64,000 nt of DNA, taken from NCBI GenBank assembly GCA_965228855.1, contig CBDDIJ010000005.1:1312001-1376000 (forward strand). The letters are read 5' to 3'. The position numbers and the translations under genes were made by a program. Shown here one piece after another: positions 1 through 9,029 of the stretch (positions within the stretch are counted from its first letter, which is position 1; each line of letters begins with the position of its first letter). Origin of the DNA: Candidatus Obscuribacterales bacterium. Lineage in GTDB: Bacteria; Cyanobacteriota; Vampirovibrionia; Obscuribacterales; Obscuribacteraceae. The notes beneath the pieces are model-generated. The model made no database searches, was not told the origin of the DNA, and saw only the letters and a program-made list of their open reading frames with translations.

Positions 1-753
1 AGAATAGGCGTAAACGCTACCAGCATTGACCAGATTTCCGGATACGCTGAAAATCGGATTTTTAGAGAAGTCACCATATGCGGTGACATTTGTCGGAATA
101 GTCAAGTCATCGATTTTCAATCTGTCGTTTTTAAAAGTAATCGACGCGAAATCAACAGCCCCGCCAACAGCTGCTCCACTGCCATCGAGCTCGAGCTTCT
201 GACCCTGTCCGGCAAGCACTTGTTTTGCAGCCACATATTCAGCAGCTGTTACTTGTGAGCCTACCGTGAGAGTTTTAGTGGCATCTCCAACTTTGATCTG
301 GACGCTATCTGCACCGTTAAAGAGTTTATTGCCCAGCCGAATGTTCTGAGCACTTGAACCGAGATCGATGTCCGCGCCGCTTCCCATACCGACAGCCTTA
401 CCGTCGACGATTTGAATTGATCTCGTATTGCTTAATTTCCGAACCAGGTTGTTTGCATTGCCGCTATTGTCGAGCGACGGAACCGCTTGAACCTGAGAAA
501 CCTCTGGTGTCGCGTAAATCGGCAACATGTTCATCGGTGGATTTTGATTATTCTTGCCACCAGTTGTCACATCGTATTTGTCTCGATACAACGCACGCAA
601 AGCATGCCCGCTGATGCCGGGGTTCATCTGCCGAAATTCTCGCCAATGCTCCCACTGACCAGCTTGAGCTTGACCAGCGCAACTGACCATCACCGTACCG
701 GCCAGCAACACGGACGCACATGGTTTGTTGATTGCATTTTCGAAATTGGACAT
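1..753 (-). CDS. 5' part of a large secreted, probably beta-strand-rich protein (runs off the left edge)
   Basis: Manual translation: ATG at 753 preceded by GGGAG, open for 251 codons to base 1 (MSNFENAINKPCASVLLAGTVMVSCAGQAQA|GQWEHWREF...VGSQVTAAEYVAAKQVLAGQGQKLELDGSGAAVGG...SGNLVNAGSVYAYS). Signal-peptide-like N-terminus ending AQA; G/N/S/T/V-rich. Not in the ORF track because there is no stop in the window. Confidence 0.8.
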   Translation of the reverse strand, partial: MSNFENAINKPCASVLLAGTVMVSCAGQAQAGQWEHWREFRQMNPGISGHALRALYRDKYDVTTGGKNNQNPPMNMLPIYATPEVSQVQAVPSLDNSGNANNLVRKLSNTRSIQIVDGKAVGMGSGADIDLGSSAQNIRLGNKLFNGADSVQIKVGDATKTLTVGSQVTAAEYVAAKQVLAGQGQKLELDGSGAAVGGAVDFASITFKNDRLKIDDLTIPTNVTAYGDFSKNPIFSVSGNLVNAGSVYAYS

Positions 754-841
754 CGATTTTCTCCCGACAGAATTTCTGACATTCACGCGTGTGAACAACT
801 TGCCGGGCTAACCAGGAAATACATTCAGCCAGGCAAAAAAA

Positions 842-954
842 CTTTTGAGATTCCAAATCTTGATCTCAGAAAAGGTTATCATGATGCAACAATGTCGTCT
901 ATCACCCGTGTTAGCGAAATCAGCGATCTCGAGATTAGTGATTTCTCACAACAC
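842..954. promoter_or_regulatory. Two imperfect palindromes upstream of the left-edge gene (candidate operators)
   Basis: CTTTTGAGAT-N11-ATCTCAGAAAAG (842-874) and GAAATCA-N3-ATCTCGAGAT-N3-TGATTTC (916-945), the latter flanked by GTGTT/AACAC. Confidence 0.35.
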
Positions 955-1110
955 CCAAACCTTGGAAACGCAGCAAAGTTGTTACTCTCCGGTGTCAAAT
1001 GAAATCAACGGTCGGTAATATTTGTTCGTAATCGGTGGTATCAAATTCGGTGCACGCAATCGAAGGAATCCGGCAAGTTAATGCGTCGATCTCACCCCGG
1101 TTTTCCCCAC

Positions 1111-2247
1111 TCAATGCTTCCCGATATCAGACGGAATCCCTATCTTCATCTCCGGCAAGGATCCGGTTTTTGCGTCCAATTCTTGTTGCTTAGCTCTGGG
1201 CAAAACTTGACCGGAAACCGAAGTGTCGTAGACTGGGGCGCCAGCACCATTTGCTGTCGCGCTCAGACCGCTCGCGCCTGCACTGAGAGATCCAGAGCCG
1301 TTTTTCGCAGAGAGTGATCCATTCACATCATTTGTCGATAGTTGCGTGGAGACTCCGTTAGAACTGAGCCGGCCAGCGTTGGCAGATAGAGATCCACTCC
1401 GCCCCAACGATGCGTTCGTTCTGCTCAGCTCGGCGATAACCTCTTCGCGAGTCATGGGCTGCGGCGAACCATAATCCCATCCCATCGTGAAATTAAAGCC
1501 CTTGATTCGCGAATCATGCGGAAAGCGCAGGCACGCTGAATGATCCAGACGCCTCGTCGAATTCAGAAGACTCTCGTTGAAATTGTAATTCGCATTCGTC
1601 CGCGCAACTTTGCCGCGGAGCCGACCGTTACTGTCCACGCTGAACACCATTAAGCTCTGACCGGACGGACGTCGTATGGAACGATTTCGAAGCTCTCGAA
1701 ACAGATCGGTGTTAAACACCAATCGAAAATTTTGAATCCAACGATCCCAGTCTTCTCGCAAAACACCTGAATTCTCAGGCGCTTCTTTGAATACCTCAGG
1801 TCCGCCAGGGTGGCTCTCGAGCGGTTTATTCTTATTTCTCTGCGCTGCAAGCGCGTTCAACTGGTCAACCGATTTAGTAGTGTAAGGGGTCAACTCGGTT
1901 ACAGCGTGCGCGGCACGCGAGTTTCGAGTCAAAATATCCGGTAGCGGAGCTTTGTACAAATCTAGAACAGTTTTGCAGTTCATCGCCATCTGCGTGCTGG
2001 ACGCCATCGAATATGCTTGTTGATATTCCTTTATAGCGAGATCCTTTTTGCCCGTCTTTAGTAACGCATTGGCCAGATGATAGTGCGCAAGGTCATCATG
2101 TGGATCGGCTTTGACGGCGAGGCTCAAACTGGTCACAGCCCTCGCGTACTGTCCGGTTTTGTACTCTTGCACTCCGCGTTGCAGCACGACCTGATTACCC
2201 GCACCTGCGAGTTGAATTAGTACTAGTGCTAACAGCGTGTTGGACAT
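1111..2247 (-). CDS. Secreted TPR protein with a TonB-C-like domain and S/G-rich tail
   Basis: 378 aa; hydrophobic N-terminus; TPR (AVKADPHDDLAHYHLANALLKTGKKDLAIKEYQQA); FSVDSNGRL...FNESLLNSTRRL...LRFP resembles a TonB/TolA C-terminal domain. Confidence 0.7.
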   Translation of the reverse strand: MSNTLLALVLIQLAGAGNQVVLQRGVQEYKTGQYARAVTSLSLAVKADPHDDLAHYHLANALLKTGKKDLAIKEYQQAYSMASSTQMAMNCKTVLDLYKAPLPDILTRNSRAAHAVTELTPYTTKSVDQLNALAAQRNKNKPLESHPGGPEVFKEAPENSGVLREDWDRWIQNFRLVFNTDLFRELRNRSIRRPSGQSLMVFSVDSNGRLRGKVARTNANYNFNESLLNSTRRLDHSACLRFPHDSRIKGFNFTMGWDYGSPQPMTREEVIAELSRTNASLGRSGSLSANAGRLSSNGVSTQLSTNDVNGSLSAKNGSGSLSAGASGLSATANGAGAPVYDTSVSGQVLPRAKQQELDAKTGSLPEMKIGIPSDIGKH

Positions 2248-2382
2248 CTAGACCGTGCCGAATGTTTCAAACCGACAATCTATTCTATTCCGAATCGGCA
2301 ACCTTTTTATTTGCGGATGCTTCAACACACGCTGACAACAGTCTTTAAACGGAATTCAGTGACCTTTAAAAACAGAAACTCG

Positions 2383-4299
2383 CTAATCGTCTGCTTCCAG
2401 CAGAGGTGTTCCGCAGGCTCGCTCGAGCTCTGTAAACGCCTGCTGGTATAACTGAATCGCTTCCAGATACTGTGTGCGAATTTGCACGTTATTCTGTTGC
2501 GCCTGAATAGTCGAAGTAATGTCCGATTGCCCAACCTCGTAACTCCGACGAGCCAGTCGAGCGACTTCATAAGAATCAGCTAGAACGTGTTCCTGGTATA
2601 TTCTCAGCTTCTGACGCGCGGCCAGGACATTGTTATAGGCTGATGAAACCTCAGATGTGATGACGTTCTTCAATGCATCGGTCTGATACTTCAACTGACG
2701 GGCTACAGCCTTATACTTGGCAATATCGCCCTGTTGAAAGCTCGTAATGTTGGACGGAACATTAACGCCAAAGTAATAGGCCCCCAGACGCGGTCCGCCG
2801 GGTGGGTTTCCGACTTGCGAACTGCCCATATAAAATTGTGGGCTCGGTATGATGTTGCCGTACGAATTGCGCAATTGAGCTTTGTTGGTGGCAATCTGGC
2901 GATCCAGAGCTTTCAACTCGTAACGATGTTTCATAGCGATATCCAGATAACTCTCGAGCACCGCAATGCGATGACCGAAATCCGGAAGCAAAATATTGTG
3001 TGCGGTGGCAGCTGCCGCGATGTCTTCGGTTCTCAAAAATGGAGGCAAGCGTGGAATCATCAACGGCGTTTCGGGTTTTCTGCCCATGATGACGTTCAAC
3101 TGTTGTTTTGCTCGAATGACGCGGCGCAAACCAACTCGCCGTTCTACGTCATACTGAGACTCGGCCAATCGAGCCTTCAGCATATCGAGTTCCGGAACAT
3201 CACCCGCCTGGAAGCGCTTCTCCGAAACGACCATCAATCGGTGCGCAAGATCGTACAAACTGTTCAAAGTTTCCAAAGTTTCCTGAGCTACCACAACTTC
3301 GGTGTAAGCGTGCCGTACTTCCGCGCGCAACGTCCAGAGCTGAGTTAGCAAATCTTGCTTGGTTTGTTCGATCAATCGTTTTGCGGCAAGAAGTCGGAAA
3401 ACCAGCTTCCACGGAGGCTCCCAATAGAAGACCGCACCCGTTCTGCGCGTTTGTTCAGCAGCAATACCGTTGTCGTACATCCAATCTGGAGCCTGTTGCT
3501 CCGTAGCTCGCGCCAACTCCGACTGCGTAACAGGCAACTGGGAGCGAAGCGCAGCGGCACGTGGGCTCTTCACGAGGGCCTGATCGAGCGCCGTAAAAAT
3601 TGAAAGCTCCGCACCACCGGACCTGTTCTCGCTCTTCTGTTCCTCATATGTAATGGATCCTGAAACAGTTCCAGGCTTCTCCGGCACCTGGTCGTCAGTT
3701 GTCGTGCCTGGACTAATATCATTTATATCGGTTGGGAATTCAGTGCCATGCTTATGGAGACGCGAACTACCGCTCTCATCGCCGGATTGGTTATCTTCCT
3801 TAGGAGCCTCCAGGCGATTTAAACTTGGCTGCTGAACGGAACCGGGTCCGGTTACGTCGCCCAGCCCTGGAGATACCGGCGAGCTAATCGAAGGCCGCAG
3901 AGTGGGTAAAGGCGAAATTGGAGTATCGGAAACCGAAGGAGTTGTGGAAGTGCGACGTATCGGCATCTGGGAGACAACAGGAGTTTGATCAGGTTCGCTC
4001 GACACAAAAGCTTCGCCGAGAGGACCTCTCTTAAGTTTCAAAGAATACTGATCGGGGTCGGACCGACGCTGTGAGGATGCACCTTCACTATCGGACACTG
4101 GCTCGAAATTTTCTCCGGCTTCCACTCGCGGCTCAGACAGATAATCTGCATTCGCAATTGAATTGTCTTTCTTGCCATCAACCTTCAGGACCGCCTCGGG
4201 ATGCGGCTGTAGCAGCGCCGCAGGCAACTCCGACGATTGACCCGAAGAGAGTCCAAAAACTAATTGAGCAAGGCTGAATAGTAAGGTTTCCATCGCCAA
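2383..4299 (-). CDS. TolC-family outer membrane efflux protein with long disordered N-terminal extension
   Basis: 638 aa; two OEP-like repeats (EVRHAYTEV...RFQAGDVPELDMLKA; EVSSAYNNV...SYEVGQSDITSTIQAQ...LERACG); about 200 aa P/S/T/D-rich N-terminal region. Confidence 0.85.
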   Translation of the reverse strand: MAMETLLFSLAQLVFGLSSGQSSELPAALLQPHPEAVLKVDGKKDNSIANADYLSEPRVEAGENFEPVSDSEGASSQRRSDPDQYSLKLKRGPLGEAFVSSEPDQTPVVSQMPIRRTSTTPSVSDTPISPLPTLRPSISSPVSPGLGDVTGPGSVQQPSLNRLEAPKEDNQSGDESGSSRLHKHGTEFPTDINDISPGTTTDDQVPEKPGTVSGSITYEEQKSENRSGGAELSIFTALDQALVKSPRAAALRSQLPVTQSELARATEQQAPDWMYDNGIAAEQTRRTGAVFYWEPPWKLVFRLLAAKRLIEQTKQDLLTQLWTLRAEVRHAYTEVVVAQETLETLNSLYDLAHRLMVVSEKRFQAGDVPELDMLKARLAESQYDVERRVGLRRVIRAKQQLNVIMGRKPETPLMIPRLPPFLRTEDIAAAATAHNILLPDFGHRIAVLESYLDIAMKHRYELKALDRQIATNKAQLRNSYGNIIPSPQFYMGSSQVGNPPGGPRLGAYYFGVNVPSNITSFQQGDIAKYKAVARQLKYQTDALKNVITSEVSSAYNNVLAARQKLRIYQEHVLADSYEVARLARRSYEVGQSDITSTIQAQQNNVQIRTQYLEAIQLYQQAFTELERACGTPLLEADD

Positions 4300-4514
4300 C
4301 AGAATACCTGACAGGAGCTGTCTTACATAGGTTTCGTTGCGACGGTTGCAGACCCGAAAAACGGGCTTAAGTGCCTACCAATCGGAGCGCGAGGGGGTTC
4401 GCTTACAATTTGCTAACATTTTATAGTTTGCTTTTTCCTTGCGGTTGGCAAGGAATCAGAAGAATCATATATAGTTCTTTAGGCATAACTGGCGTGGACG
4501 TTAAGTAAGACGGA

Positions 4515-5261
4515 ATGAACGAGAAACAAAGTAGAACATTTCTTAGAGGGGACATGGATTTTACCCCTCAGCGGATGATGCGCTACATTCGTTCGCGCGC
4601 CCGCCTGGCGACAGATGAGGATATCGAAGATATTCTCCAGAACGCGTTGCTTATGGTAACCCAACACTTCGATCCGACTCACCCGGACGCTAATCTTGCT
4701 TTGTATTGCCTCGGGGCATGCAACAAGGCGATCGCGCAAAATCTCGAGCGCTATCACAAGGTTAAGCTGAAGAGACGCGACGAGAAGAAGGAAGAGTCGA
4801 CAAATTCGGTAGAGGTCAGAGTCAACTCTTCTTCTATAAAGGAAGTGGATGGAGAAGTCATGACGGTTAAGTCGATGACGCCCGCCCAGTCCTTTGATGA
4901 AAAACCGTCCACTACCAGCCAATATCGAACAACCTCGCTGGATTCGATGTTTGACGAAGAAGATGGTCGTAATGCCGATGACATTTTCGGCCTGGAATAT
5001 AGTGTTTTATCGAGTGGTTCCGACAGTAGTCCGGATAGTAGAGCACTAATTAATAATTTGATCGAGCAAGTTTTGCAGGAGTTGCCACCCGGAATCCACC
5101 GTACCTGCTTCATTTTGAAGTATGTCGAAGGATATAAACGAGAAGATCTGATTGAGTGTCTAAAAATGGAACCGAAGAGTATAGATACCATCGATAAGAA
5201 AATCGTCCGAACATTGAAGGCATTCAAAGCCAAACTTGATAAGGACGAAGCAAGGATCTAG
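4515..5261 (+). CDS. Atypical ECF-type sigma-70 factor
   Basis: 248 aa; region-2-like EDIEDILQNALL; region-4-like LQELPPGIHRTCFILKYVEGYKREDLIECLKMEPKSI; long S/T/D-rich linker between them. Confidence 0.75.
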   Translation: MNEKQSRTFLRGDMDFTPQRMMRYIRSRARLATDEDIEDILQNALLMVTQHFDPTHPDANLALYCLGACNKAIAQNLERYHKVKLKRRDEKKEESTNSVEVRVNSSSIKEVDGEVMTVKSMTPAQSFDEKPSTTSQYRTTSLDSMFDEEDGRNADDIFGLEYSVLSSGSDSSPDSRALINNLIEQVLQELPPGIHRTCFILKYVEGYKREDLIECLKMEPKSIDTIDKKIVRTLKAFKAKLDKDEARI

Positions 5262-5270
5262 GAGACGGCG

Positions 5271-5948
5271 ATGACTACTCTCAACGATAAATTGGCAAAA
5301 GTAATGATGATCGAAGACGAGCGTGAGGCTTCTCTCGCGTTCGAATCATTCTGCCGCGATAACTTCGACAGCCTGCCACTGCCAGGAGAGAACAAGCAAT
5401 TCGACAGCGCTATGTGGAACGCTTCGAATTTCACGAAACTCTCTTCGCGTGATGAAGCGATTGTAAAACGGGTTACCGAACGCATGATCGGCGACACCGC
5501 AAGCGCAACATCCAAGGCGGCGCTCAAAGTTAAGGAATTGGTTGGCGCTTCGCGCGACGCAGCTATTGCCGCCTGGCAAGATTTGCTGCTCGGCATGGAG
5601 TGGAGACCGATGATTCCGGCAGGAGCAATGCGTGGCATTGGAAGCCAGCTTGTGTCGCTCGGCAGCTTTGAAAAGGCGACCGAAGACACCAAAATCCAAG
5701 TCAACCTCGGCTGGCTTGTCGATAAGGATCAGCTGCGTTTATTGTTAAACGCAAAAGATACCGCCGACAATGGCATGCCGGATGTTGAAGTGCGCATCCT
5801 TGAAAGCGAACGTGGTGTCGTTTTCTCGCGCAAAACAAACCTTGACGGCGCTGTGGTTGCTCCACAAATCAATGTGGGTCCCGGCGAATATCAAATCCAA
5901 GTCTCTTGGCTGGACAAGGTGATTGAGACTCCGTTCTTCAGAATCTAG
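5271..5948 (+). CDS. Hypothetical soluble protein, probable sigma partner, with C-terminal Ig/prealbumin-like beta domain
   Basis: 225 aa; GGAG RBS; 9 bp after the sigma stop; C-terminal GMPDVEVRIL...KTNLDGAVVAPQINVGPGEYQIQV pattern; no TM segment. Confidence 0.7.
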   Translation: MTTLNDKLAKVMMIEDEREASLAFESFCRDNFDSLPLPGENKQFDSAMWNASNFTKLSSRDEAIVKRVTERMIGDTASATSKAALKVKELVGASRDAAIAAWQDLLLGMEWRPMIPAGAMRGIGSQLVSLGSFEKATEDTKIQVNLGWLVDKDQLRLLLNAKDTADNGMPDVEVRILESERGVVFSRKTNLDGAVVAPQINVGPGEYQIQVSWLDKVIETPFFRI

Positions 5949-6110
5949 TTCGCGCTCAGCTTCAAGTTGACCGGCTCTGCTGACTTCGCTCAGCTGTGCG
6001 GCCCATGTCAATCCGGCTTGCTTCGCAACTAATCCGAGATCCACAGTCTCACCATCGAGGAACCCTGGCGGGGAGTCCTCAGGCCGTCGCCACTACATCT
6101 CTCTAGATTG

Positions 6111-6143
6111 GTCCCCGAGCTTAATCGCTCGGGGACTTTTTTT
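6111..6143 (+). terminator. Rho-independent terminator of the sigma operon
   Basis: GTCCCCGAGC-ttaatc-GCTCGGGGAC followed by T7. Confidence 0.9.
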
Positions 6144-6477
6144 GCATTCGCTGCCTACTATACCCTTTTCGATGTCTACTATATTTTTTCGTGATGCCCC
6201 AACAAGCCAAACCCTCTCCCAGAAAGACTTTCGAGCAAATTACAATCTCGCCATTATTAGAAAAACCAGATTTGTCTACGCCACGATGCCGGATTTTCGA
6301 AAAAGCGTCTACGAGCCGTAGCCAAAACCGACCTTGATCAGAGCGTCGATCCGAAATGCCTTGCCGGACGCCGCCTGCCATCACATAGACTTTTTATACT
6401 ATTTAGTAGCAATCGCTCTGGTTTGGCCGCATGAACGTCGGGAATTATATTGGGAGAATTTAGAGGTGGAGTGATTG

Positions 6478-7281
6478 ATGAACTGGGCTGAGAAGATCTG
6501 GCAGAAAAATAGCTTGGGAGTTGAGACGGGTAGTGGCGTAAAGATTTTCAGCAGAAAATCTTTAACCTCTCTAGCTCTCTTACTAGCGGCGACGGCATCG
6601 ATATGTGGCGCAGTTCGCGCGGAGGATGCTGCCAAACCTGAACCAGTTCAGCTAGGCACTTTCACGAGCAAAATCGATACCTGGACCCTAGACACACCTT
6701 CTACCGTATTCGGTTTTGAAAAATTTGGTCTGCGACGAGGTGCCTACAACTTACACATTGCCGTAGACGGCAAAACCGCAGACATATCGCTAGATCCCCG
6801 AACCATCGCTAAGGGCGAAGACAAGAAGGATATGTTCGCAAAGTGGGAAGTCGAAAATGAACTGGTTAAACTTTCGCAGAGCATTGGAAGCGCCCCCCTC
6901 CTTCTGACCTACACGGCCGAGGGTGATGGCATCGTCAAAGTACAAAAAATTGAACTGGCATCCGGTGCAAAAACAGCAGGCGTAATAGAAGCCCCCAAAG
7001 ACTCAAGCTCTGAAACAGCGAAAGACAATCCGAACGCTCCAGCGAACGTTGATTCCGCGACCGCCGACCCAGCCGCGCCATCCACAGAGCAGAGCGGAGC
7101 CGGCAATCAAAACGGTCTCCAGTATCTGCTCTCCGGCAAGTCTCCGGTGGATTCCAAAGATCAAATTTACTTTGATATGGAAACGGTCACGATCCTAACA
7201 ATCTTCCTGGTTATCATCGTTCCGGCATACGGTTTAATGCTGTTTTCCAAGAACAACCTGCAGACGTTGGGCAGCAAGTAG
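6478..7281 (+). CDS. Hypothetical exported protein with C-terminal membrane anchor
   Basis: GAGGTGGAG RBS; signal-like segment (LALLLAATASICGAVRA); C-terminal TM ILTIFLVIIVPAYGLMLF. Confidence 0.7.
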   Translation: MNWAEKIWQKNSLGVETGSGVKIFSRKSLTSLALLLAATASICGAVRAEDAAKPEPVQLGTFTSKIDTWTLDTPSTVFGFEKFGLRRGAYNLHIAVDGKTADISLDPRTIAKGEDKKDMFAKWEVENELVKLSQSIGSAPLLLTYTAEGDGIVKVQKIELASGAKTAGVIEAPKDSSSETAKDNPNAPANVDSATADPAAPSTEQSGAGNQNGLQYLLSGKSPVDSKDQIYFDMETVTILTIFLVIIVPAYGLMLFSKNNLQTLGSK

Positions 7282-7314
7282 TTCAGCTCCGCCCTCGTGC
7301 AATGGTCGAGCAAG

Positions 7315-7932
7315 TTAAGACGCTAGTACCGCAAACTCGCGCTCTATCGCTTGCTCCGCTAATTTTGACGAAGTTGCGATAACTTCCGGATTGGTGCCGA
7401 ATGAACGGAAAACGGTAACGTCATTGATGCCGATAAAACCAAGAATCGAGCGGAACCACGGCTCAACAAAATCGTATTGCTGCATGGGAGCCTGGGAATA
7501 ATCGCCACCACTGGTGGTGACCACGACGGCTCGCTTGTTCTTAAGCAATCCTTGCGGTGTTCCGCCAGCAAAACTGTAAGTCAGCCCTGCGCGAACTATC
7601 ATATCTATCCACGCTTTCAAAACTGCAGGCACCGAAAAGTTATACATCGGAGCGCCAAATAGAATAACGTCCGCGTCCTGAAGCTCCTGCATCAGTACAT
7701 CGGGAAACTCGATCAGTTTCTGCTGCGAAGCGTTCAAAGACTCCCGCGGAGAATTGAACGCGACAATGTGCTCATTAGTAAGAAAACCAATATCACTTTT
7801 CACCAGGTCGCGATAAATAACACGCCCCCCTGGATTGGATTTTCTCCAGAGATCCACATAGTGTGCGGTCAGCTTGCGACTAACCGAACTTTCGTGTTGT
7901 CCGCTTGAATCCAGGTGTAGCAAAGTCGCCAT
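7315..7932 (-). CDS. azoR: FMN-dependent NADH-azoreductase
   Basis: LLHLDSS...SVSRKL, APMYNFSVPAVLKAWIDMIVRAGLTYS, TSGGDY, LGFIGI motifs of Flavodoxin_2/AzoR. Confidence 0.92.
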   Translation of the reverse strand: MATLLHLDSSGQHESSVSRKLTAHYVDLWRKSNPGGRVIYRDLVKSDIGFLTNEHIVAFNSPRESLNASQQKLIEFPDVLMQELQDADVILFGAPMYNFSVPAVLKAWIDMIVRAGLTYSFAGGTPQGLLKNKRAVVVTTSGGDYSQAPMQQYDFVEPWFRSILGFIGINDVTVFRSFGTNPEVIATSSKLAEQAIEREFAVLAS

Positions 7933-8096
7933 GTCGAATCTCCTCTCGAACGCTATGAGTTATCATGTTACTAGGACTAGACCGAACGGTCTATGCGCAA
8001 AAGTTCGCTTTTCATGCTCAAGCGTTCAGATTGTGACAACCAGCCGAACTCGAGCGCTTCGATACGCCAGACAAAGATTTTTGCAGGAATTTCAAA

Positions 8097-9029
8097 ATGG
8101 ATTGCCTTTCAGATGCCCTAAACCGAGTCAGATTCAAAAGTTACATTCACTGCAACAGCGAATTCACTGCACCATGGGGTCTACGAATGCCTGGTTTTGC
8201 CGGTCATGCTGCGTTCCTCGTAATGCTTCGTGGCGGATGCCTGGTATCCTTCGAGGACTCAGCTACAACTTACTCACTGGCAGCAGGCGAAGTCATGCTA
8301 CTTCCGCGCGGCTCCGGTTGCATAATCCAGGACCAGGCATCGAGCGAAATCGTCGACTTCTTGAAGGTGCAAACGGGGGCTCCTCCGCGCGGAGAGATCT
8401 GGCACTACGGTGGTGGCGGAGCACTGACGTCTATCCTTATGGGCTGCTTCGAGTTTGACATGCACATGAAAAACCCGCTTATCGAGAGCCTTCCAGGAGT
8501 GATTTATCTGAAGGGCGACCAATTGAAATCAGAACCCTGGCTCGACACGACTCTTCGTTTCCTCGCGTCCGAAACCGCAAACAATCGCCCCGGCTCCGAC
8601 ATTCTGATTGCTCGCCTCACCGACATGTTCTTCATTCAGGTGGTGCGGGCCTTCATGATGCAGCATAAAGATTGCGACAAGACGACGGGTTTCTTGAAAG
8701 GGCTTTCAGACCCGGAGATTGGTCACGCCCTTCGCCTTATTCATGAAACTCCATCGGCACCATGGACAGTGGCAACTTTGGCAAAGCAGGTCGGGTTATC
8801 GCGAACAGCCTTTGCAGTGAAGTTCGCGCAAATTCTGAACCAAACCCCAATCGACTACCTGACCGCCTGGCGAATGCAGGAAGCGGTTTCTCTGATGGAG
8901 AAAGGAGAAGAGAGCACTTCGGCTATCTCGTCGGCAGTCGGCTATTTGTCTGAAGCAGCTTTTGCGAAAGCTTTCAAACGCGAAGTAGGAGAAGCGCCGG
9001 GGGCTTTTCGGCGAAAGATATTCGGCTAG
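8097..9029 (+). CDS. AraC-family regulator (Cupin_6 + HTH, RclR-like), divergent from azoR
   Basis: MDCLSDAL...APWG; WTVATLAKQVGLSRTAFAVKF; VGYLSEAAFAKAFKREVGEAPGAFRR. Confidence 0.92.
   Translation: MDCLSDALNRVRFKSYIHCNSEFTAPWGLRMPGFAGHAAFLVMLRGGCLVSFEDSATTYSLAAGEVMLLPRGSGCIIQDQASSEIVDFLKVQTGAPPRGEIWHYGGGGALTSILMGCFEFDMHMKNPLIESLPGVIYLKGDQLKSEPWLDTTLRFLASETANNRPGSDILIARLTDMFFIQVVRAFMMQHKDCDKTTGFLKGLSDPEIGHALRLIHETPSAPWTVATLAKQVGLSRTAFAVKFAQILNQTPIDYLTAWRMQEAVSLMEKGEESTSAISSAVGYLSEAAFAKAFKREVGEAPGAFRRKIFG

Noticed and set aside
354..1002. Plus-strand ORFs 354-614 and 487-1002, and minus-strand 548-856
   Set aside because: They overlap the better-supported minus-strand ORF starting at 753 (RBS, signal peptide, coherent composition).
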